Below are positions 26,927 to 32,000 of a DNA stretch of 32,000 bases, one piece after another (position 1 is the first letter of the stretch; every line of letters starts with the position of its first letter). This DNA is from Synechocystis sp. PCC 6803 substr. PCC-P (GTDB lineage Bacteria; Cyanobacteriota; Cyanobacteriia; Cyanobacteriales; Microcystaceae). The DNA lies in assembly GCF_000284455.1 (NCBI RefSeq), contig NC_017039.1:1560001-1592000 (forward strand), read 5' to 3'. The translations under genes were made by a program, and so were the position numbers. The notes under the pieces are model-generated. The model was not told the origin of the DNA. It ran no database searches and saw only the letters and a list, made by a program, of their open reading frames with translations.

Positions 26927-28402
26927 TTAATTCTCAAACATAATTTGATTGCCCCGCAAAGCAATAATTCTGATCTTTAACGGTCCGACCACCGATGTAT
27001 CCTCAGCGGCGATCGCCCGGACTTCATTGGGGGGATTATCGGCCTGACGGCGCAGTTGTTCGATAAAATCAATCAAAGTTTTAATGCGCCCATCCTCCAC
27101 TTGTATCGGGCCCAAAATACCTTCCCGACGGGCACGGAATTGGGCGGCAGCCAGGAGATAATCAATCCGTTTTTGGACATCAACTTCGCTAAAGTCGGAG
27201 GATTCGAGGGAAATGGTGGCAATGGTTTCCGCTTCTCGAAAAACTTGGCGGTTGGGCACCACGTCAAAAAAGACCCGAATTTCCCTTTCTTCCTGCACAT
27301 AATTCCCCGCTGATAGCACCCGAATAACATATTCCTGGCCTGGTTGGAGTTGGCTTGTAATACTATCCACCTGGGCGGTGGTCACCCGGACAATGGGTTC
27401 ATCGGGCACGGGCATATTGGGGGTTTTAACCAGTTGTAGAGCAGTGCGATTAGCCTGGCGCAACAATTGATCCACGGCACCAGTGACAGCTTCGCTACTT
27501 ACCACCCTTAGACCACCAAAGGCCAATAACTGACCCCGCAGAATGGCAATTTGTTGCCCCCGCAGCTCTTGGTAATCTTGATAATAGCGTTCGAGTTCTT
27601 CCACTTCCCTCTGCAGGAAACTTAGTTCTGTTTCTAGCCCCTGTAACTTTTCTTCCCGGGCCTGGATGTCATTATCTTTAGCGGCGATCGCCTGGTCGAG
27701 TTGATCAATTTTGGTGTCCCGTTGATTAATTTCAGCTTGTAACTGTTGGCGCTGGGCCTCCAAAGAAGCAAACCTTTTCTCCAAAGATTGCACCTGTTCC
27801 CGCTGACGGGCAAGGACTTTTTCCTGTTGGGCAATGCGTTCCTGACGCTTGGATAATTCTTGATCCCTCAGTTTTACCTGACTCTGAAGTTCTGAAGATT
27901 CCGCTAATAGTGAGTCCTTTTGTTCGTTCAATTGAGCCCTTTCCGCTGAAAGGTTAGCCACCTCCTGGCGCAAATTACGGGATTGTTCCGATACCCGGCG
28001 CAATAACTGCAAAGCTTTGGTATAGTTTCGATTCAGCTCCCGACTGCGCTCCTGCACCAATTGTTGCTCTTCGCGTACAGCCGTAAGTTCCGATTCAATT
28101 TCTTCTTTCGCTTGGCTAGCCTGTTCCAATTCTGTTTTGGCCACCCGCAACTGCGCCAAAATATCATCTAGTTGAAACACCCCCTCTCGTAAGGATTTAC
28201 TAAAAGTAAACAAAATCCCCAGGGTGGAAGCGGAAATCAGAGTGCCAGTAATCACCGTCAACAATACCGCCGTCTGTCGGGGTCGCAGTTTAAACAGACG
28301 TAGGCGAGCTTTGCCCACCTTACTGCCCAAATGATCCCCCAGCGCAGCAATGATTCCGCCCAAAACTAGGACAGAAAGAACCAGAATATAGGCACTGGTC
28401 AT
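26927..28402 (-). CDS. Membrane-anchored long coiled-coil protein (DUF3084-like)
   Basis: Two N-terminal TM helices, about 220 aa of Gln/Glu/Leu-rich heptad-like sequence (LQAEINQRDTKIDQLDQAIAAKDNDIQAREEKLQGLETELSFLQREVEELE), then a globular C-domain. It starts 9 nt after the ntcA stop. Confidence 0.75.
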   Translation of the reverse strand: MTSAYILVLSVLVLGGIIAALGDHLGSKVGKARLRLFKLRPRQTAVLLTVITGTLISASTLGILFTFSKSLREGVFQLDDILAQLRVAKTELEQASQAKEEIESELTAVREEQQLVQERSRELNRNYTKALQLLRRVSEQSRNLRQEVANLSAERAQLNEQKDSLLAESSELQSQVKLRDQELSKRQERIAQQEKVLARQREQVQSLEKRFASLEAQRQQLQAEINQRDTKIDQLDQAIAAKDNDIQAREEKLQGLETELSFLQREVEELERYYQDYQELRGQQIAILRGQLLAFGGLRVVSSEAVTGAVDQLLRQANRTALQLVKTPNMPVPDEPIVRVTTAQVDSITSQLQPGQEYVIRVLSAGNYVQEEREIRVFFDVVPNRQVFREAETIATISLESSDFSEVDVQKRIDYLLAAAQFRARREGILGPIQVEDGRIKTLIDFIEQLRRQADNPPNEVRAIAAEDTSVVGPLKIRIIALRGNQIMFEN

Positions 28403-28411
28403 AGAGGGTGG

Positions 28412-29089
28412 TTAGGTAAACTGTTGACTGAGAGCAACGGGGTTATGGACGGTAATTTTCTTTTTCGTGATGGAGATCATATTACCCTCCCGCAGATCTC
28501 CTAGGAGCCTAGTCACCGTTACCCTGGTGGAACCAATGGCTTCGGCGATCGCCTGATGGGATAACTTGAGGTCAATGCGAATGCCGTCCGGGGCAGGTAC
28601 ACCAAAATCTCGACAGAGAATCAGCAAAAAACTAACCAAACGAGAACCCATATCCCGGTGGGCTAGGGTTTCAATCATCATTTCCGTCTGGAGAATGCGG
28701 GAAGAAAGCCCCTGTAACATCAACAATGACAGGTCGGGATGCTCCTTGAGAGCCTGTTCCACCTGTTCAATGGGGGCAGACAGTAACTCCACCGGGGTAA
28801 AAGCCACTGCGTGGTAAAAACGGTCAGAACGTTGCCCGGTAACTAATGATAACACCCCAAAAACACTGTTCTCCCTCAACAGAGCGACGGTAATTTCTTC
28901 CCCGGCTTCGTAAACCCTAGATAACTTAACAGCCCCCTTGAGCAAAAAATAAACCCGTTCCGCCGGATCCCCAGGAAAAAAAATTGTTTTACTCCGATCA
29001 AACGTTTCCACCACCGGGGGCATCAACTCACTGCCTAAGCGTCGAAACACTGCCGCTAGGGGACGATCTTGGGTTAGGGACTGATCCAT
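28412..29089 (-). CDS. ntcA: Global nitrogen regulator NtcA (CRP/FNR family)
   Basis: 225 aa. The cNMP-like domain ([24 protein letters not shown]) and the C-terminal HTH ([26 protein letters not shown]) are essentially the NtcA sequence as I remember it. Confidence 0.97.
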   Translation of the reverse strand: MDQSLTQDRPLAAVFRRLGSELMPPVVETFDRSKTIFFPGDPAERVYFLLKGAVKLSRVYEAGEEITVALLRENSVFGVLSLVTGQRSDRFYHAVAFTPVELLSAPIEQVEQALKEHPDLSLLMLQGLSSRILQTEMMIETLAHRDMGSRLVSFLLILCRDFGVPAPDGIRIDLKLSHQAIAEAIGSTRVTVTRLLGDLREGNMISITKKKITVHNPVALSQQFT

Positions 29090-29137
29090 GCACGTTCACG
29101 GTAATGGGGGCATCAAGGGAAGTGCAAAACCCCATTC

Positions 29138-29154
29138 TGTATCAAGATTATACA
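29138..29154. promoter_or_regulatory. Palindrome TGTA-N9-TACA upstream of ntcA (NtcA-box-like, spacing off by one)
   Basis: TGTATCAAGATTATACA lies 49-65 nt upstream of the ntcA ATG. The canonical NtcA box is GTA-N8-TAC. Confidence 0.25.
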
Positions 29155-29161
29155 CAACGGA

Positions 29162-29410
29162 TTACATGCGCTCCACACTGCCAAAGAAAATTGGTTCCAC
29201 CCGAATGGCAACGATCGCCGAGGGTCGCACCACCATGTACTCGCCCTGAATATTTCTGATAGGCACACTGATAAATTCCTGGGAATCGTGCTTGGGCACA
29301 ACTTCGTTGCTATACCATTTTTGGAAATCTTGAATGGTCATGAAACGGACTTCCTCTCGATGGCCATTGGCCAAAAACAGATGGATGGCAAATTCGTCGG
29401 CTTTTTGCAT
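29162..29410 (-). CDS. Small conserved hypothetical protein (82 aa)
   Basis: A clean ORF with host-like codon usage directly upstream of ntcA. I do not recognise a family. Confidence 0.55.
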   Translation of the reverse strand: MQKADEFAIHLFLANGHREEVRFMTIQDFQKWYSNEVVPKHDSQEFISVPIRNIQGEYMVVRPSAIVAIRVEPIFFGSVERM

Positions 29411-29523
29411 GGTCAGGGTCCCTAATGATTTCGTTTAGATTATCCTCCATCCCGTGGACAGAGCAACGGTGACAAAAGGTCCAGCCTAGGTTGGCTCCAT
29501 TAAATTTTAGGTAACAAAAGGTA

Positions 29524-31392
29524 ATGGAGAAAAAAATAACTTTACGTTGGGGGCAATGGCAACAAAATTGCCTAGAATTAGCTCAGGTTTCTTGCCCACT
29601 GCTCCAGTCCAGCAACTTGGTTGATCCCCCCCCTTTAATTAATCTCGATATAGCTTCCATGGTCACTTTTCCCTTAAACCTCCGTCGTTGGCTGCAGTCC
29701 GTTTGTTTGGGAGCCCTCACGGCGATCGCCGTTCAATTGCCGGGCAAAACTGCGGAAAATATCTTTTTCACCTACGGGCCAATCAAGTTGACGGTGCGGG
29801 TGGAATCCCTAGAAAGATTTGTGCAGGATGGCACTGTGGATTCCAATCTCAGCTTTTTATTTAATCTGGTGGGAGCTTCCGAAGAAAAATTAGCAAAATT
29901 AAGGGAAATTATGGGGCTCCGGGCAGAGGTGGACCCCGTTGTGCTGAGTAACTTTTTTAACACCAGCCTGGGGGAAGATTCCCTGGCTAGGGCAGCGGTG
30001 ATTCTCAATGCCCCCTGGGGAGCTAACTCCAAATATGGTATTCGGGCCGCAATTGTGCAGGCAGCCGAGGATCCAGAAGGGGGACTAAGCCTCATCAATT
30101 TCATCAAAAAGTATCCCACCGATATCCATTTCCAAGGGGAAGTGGTGGAAGAACGGGCCCGGGCGGTGGAACTGCTAGTTAAAGCTTCCGAACACTTCAT
30201 TGATAAGATGATTGCCCTCTCGGAAATTGAGGCGGCTTCAGAAGGGGATATCAACTTTAGTGCTTTACCAGATCCCACTGAAATGGGCCCCTACGGTGTG
30301 GCCCCCAAAGAAACCTGGTGGTTAAACGACCAAAGTCGTAACCGTCGTTTTTACGTGGATGTTTACCGCCCCCAACGCTGGAAAGAAGGCAAAACACCAG
30401 TTTTAGTTTTTTCCCATGGTTTGGCTTCCCGTCCGGAAGATTTCGACAATGCGGCGGAGAAAATGGCCTCCTATGGTTTTGTGGTGGCTTTGCCCCAGCA
30501 TCCCGGCAGTGACATTCTCCAGGCCCAAGCTTTACTCAATCGCACTTCTCGCCAGGGTTACTATCCCACCGAGTTTATTGACCGGCCCAAGGATATTAGC
30601 TACGTCATTGATGAGTTGGAACGTCGCAATGCCAGTGAGTTCGGCGATCGCCTTAACTTGACCCAGGTAGGGGTGGGGGGCCACTCCTTTGGGGGTTATG
30701 GCGCGTTAGCTGTGGCCGGGGCCACCATTGACTGGGATTTTTTGAAATCGGAATGTCGCATTGGCCAAGGAGTCCCCAACACGGCCCTGTTATTGCAATG
30801 CGATGCCCTAACCCTGCCCCGGTCCGATTATGACTTCCGAGACCCCCGGGTAGTGGCAGTGCTGGCGGCCAATCCTGTTAACAGTGCGATCTTTGGCGTA
30901 TCGGGACTGCATAAGGTTACGGTCCCAGTTCTATTGCTTGGGGGCAGTTATGATCCAGCCACTCCTTTTGTGTTGGAACAGGCCCGTTCTTTCCCTCGCT
31001 TGGCCAGTCGTGATAAGTATCTAACTTTGATGGAAGGGCAAGCCCACGTAGATTTCTCCAAAATTGATGCCAATATCAAAAACGTGGTCGAGTCAGTGGA
31101 AGCAGTCAGTTTGAAATTGCCTGATCCAAACCTACTCCACACCTATGGTTCTGCTGTCATGGTGCCCTTTTTCCAGTTGTATGTAGCTGGGGACGAAAGT
31201 TTCCGCCCCCTAGTGGAGAACGGAGCCGCCCATGCCGCCTATTTGAGTCGGGATCAAGAATTCAAGTTTTATCTAATTAGCCAAAAATCCGAGGGAGCTT
31301 TAATTAAGGACATTGAGGAGTTCCGCCGCACCAACGGTCTGACTCCTCCTCCCAATGAGTTTCCCCCCCAAACCATTTCCGATAATTTTTAA
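29524..31392 (+). CDS. Alpha/beta hydrolase with N-terminal DUF1400-type domain (dienelactone hydrolase / PAF-acetylhydrolase-like)
   Basis: AENIFFTYGPIKLTVRVESLERFVQDG resembles the cyanobacterial DUF1400 module. The hydrolase core has VLVFSHGL and the nucleophile elbow GHSFGG. A signal-like segment begins at the Met at 29659, which may be the true start. Confidence 0.8.
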   Translation: MEKKITLRWGQWQQNCLELAQVSCPLLQSSNLVDPPPLINLDIASMVTFPLNLRRWLQSVCLGALTAIAVQLPGKTAENIFFTYGPIKLTVRVESLERFVQDGTVDSNLSFLFNLVGASEEKLAKLREIMGLRAEVDPVVLSNFFNTSLGEDSLARAAVILNAPWGANSKYGIRAAIVQAAEDPEGGLSLINFIKKYPTDIHFQGEVVEERARAVELLVKASEHFIDKMIALSEIEAASEGDINFSALPDPTEMGPYGVAPKETWWLNDQSRNRRFYVDVYRPQRWKEGKTPVLVFSHGLASRPEDFDNAAEKMASYGFVVALPQHPGSDILQAQALLNRTSRQGYYPTEFIDRPKDISYVIDELERRNASEFGDRLNLTQVGVGGHSFGGYGALAVAGATIDWDFLKSECRIGQGVPNTALLLQCDALTLPRSDYDFRDPRVVAVLAANPVNSAIFGVSGLHKVTVPVLLLGGSYDPATPFVLEQARSFPRLASRDKYLTLMEGQAHVDFSKIDANIKNVVESVEAVSLKLPDPNLLHTYGSAVMVPFFQLYVAGDESFRPLVENGAAHAAYLSRDQEFKFYLISQKSEGALIKDIEEFRRTNGLTPPPNEFPPQTISDNF

Positions 31393-31404
31393 TGTGAACT
31401 AGCC

Positions 31405-31616
31405 ATGAAAATCACTCTAAATCTTAACGATGATTTTTTCCAAGCAGCAATGAATCTTAGTCCAGATATGACCTTAAAACTGCTATTGAGCATGCTTTAC
31501 AAGCGTACCTAGAACAATAAAAATTACTGAAAATCATCAATATATTTGGGACAATAGAATAAGGTCTTGATTATGACTATAAACAACAGGGAACTGTCCA
31601 ATGGAAGTCATCGTAG
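31405..31616 (+). pseudogene. Decayed vapB-type (DUF2191-like) antitoxin gene: one frameshift and two in-frame TAA stops
   Basis: The ATG 31405 frame gives MKITLNLNDDFFQAAMNLS, then loses similarity. The -1 frame continues LKTAIEHALQAYLEQ*KLLKIINIFGTIE*GLDYDYKQQGTVQWKSS*, with TAA at 31518..31520 and 31560..31562 and the final TAG at 31614..31616. This reproduces the usual ...ALxxYLxxKxLLxIxxxFGTIxxxxDYDYK antitoxin C-terminus and overlaps the downstream ATG by 16 nt. Confidence 0.6.
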
Positions 31617-31834
31617 ATACCAGGATTTGGTCGTTGGCACTGCTAGGACGACAATCCAATTTAAATCAAGATATTACAGCCCAACTTCAGGCTCTCATTC
31701 AGAATGGTCAAACTTTAATCAATACTACTGATTATCAATGTTTGTTAAATCGTAAAGTAGAGTTATGGCCGCAAATCCTTAAATCCTTAGAAAGCTTAAT
31801 CTACCTAGGGACTACGGATAATTTCCCCCTCTAA
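31601..31834 (+). pseudogene. Truncated or degenerate PIN-domain VapC toxin
   Basis: MEVIVDTRIWSLAL is the conserved VapC N-terminus carrying the first acidic residue. Only 77 aa remain of the roughly 130 expected, and the distal acidic residues are missing. Confidence 0.55.
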
Positions 31835-31968
31835 AGAGTAATTCCACCGTTGTCGGCAAGGGGTTTTGCTCTGTGTTGCCGTGGCTGTGCCTGTACTTTG
31901 TCATTAGAATCAGGATTAAACTCCGTTGGCCCATCCCGGCCCTGAATGGCAGGGTTTTCCCGTGTCAT
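31831..31968 (-). CDS. Possible 45-aa ORF (MTRENPAIQGRDGPTEFNPDSNDKVQAQPRQHRAKPLADNGGITL)
   Basis: Hand translation of the minus strand, ATG 31968..31966 to TAG 31833..31831. There is no convincing RBS and it is below the ORF-track length cutoff. Confidence 0.2.
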   Translation of the reverse strand: MTRENPAIQGRDGPTEFNPDSNDKVQAQPRQHRAKPLADNGGITL

Positions 31969-32000
31969 ACTTTTCGGTAATAATCAGAAATTTAGGTGGT

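Noticed and set aside
29772-30278. 168-aa minus-strand ORF inside the alpha/beta hydrolase gene
   Set aside because: It is an antisense shadow ORF with a Ser/Ala-rich translation and no recognisable domain.
31938-31965. Small hairpin CCCTG-AATGG-CAGGG followed by TTTTCC
   Set aside because: The stem is only 5 bp. It may be a weak terminator for plus-strand read-through, but it cannot be distinguished from chance.
1-32000. Search for CRISPR arrays, rRNA and tRNA genes (T-loop GTTCGAATC-type motifs, regularly spaced 25-40-bp repeats)
   Set aside because: None seen by eye. The only GTTCGAGAC-like string (about 14788) has no acceptor or anticodon stem context.

Overview
This window reads as a chromosomal segment of a Synechocystis sp. 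PCC 6803-type cyanobacterium. By eye I count about 31 perfect HIP1 octamers (GCGATCGC), and glpX/fbpI, glbN, ftsY, plsY, apt, hhoB, proS and ntcA are recognisable. No rRNA, tRNA or CRISPR array was found. Content in order: the 3' end of a class II FBP/SBPase; an 802-bp IS1-family element (an A8C -1 frameshift fuses two ORFs) inserted 37 bp upstream of the truncated-haemoglobin gene glbN; then a three-gene signalling cluster of an MHYT-PAS hybrid kinase with HPt, a REC-kinase, and a REC-HD-GYP phosphodiesterase. Next come a secreted cupin, ftsY, a DGAT-like acyltransferase, a second GAF-PAS hybrid kinase, plsY, an orphan GldG-like protein and apt. A 1.4-kb AT-rich, HIP1-free insertion follows, bounded by 16/18-bp direct repeats. 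It carries a membrane-anchored coiled-coil protein with an Mrr-type PD-(D/E)xK nuclease domain and a truncated serine-recombinase remnant. The rest is a BASS transporter, an aldo/keto reductase, hhoB, a secreted Cys-rich protein, proS, a ComFB-like protein, a DUF3084-type coiled-coil protein tightly coupled to ntcA, a small conserved ORF, a DUF1400 alpha/beta hydrolase and a decayed vapBC module. The best candidate for an undescribed system is the nuclease islet at 18.5-19.95 kb. The second is the glbN / MHYT-sensor / HD-GYP neighbourhood. All calls come from reading the sequence and from memory of protein families; nothing was searched or computed beyond hand counts.
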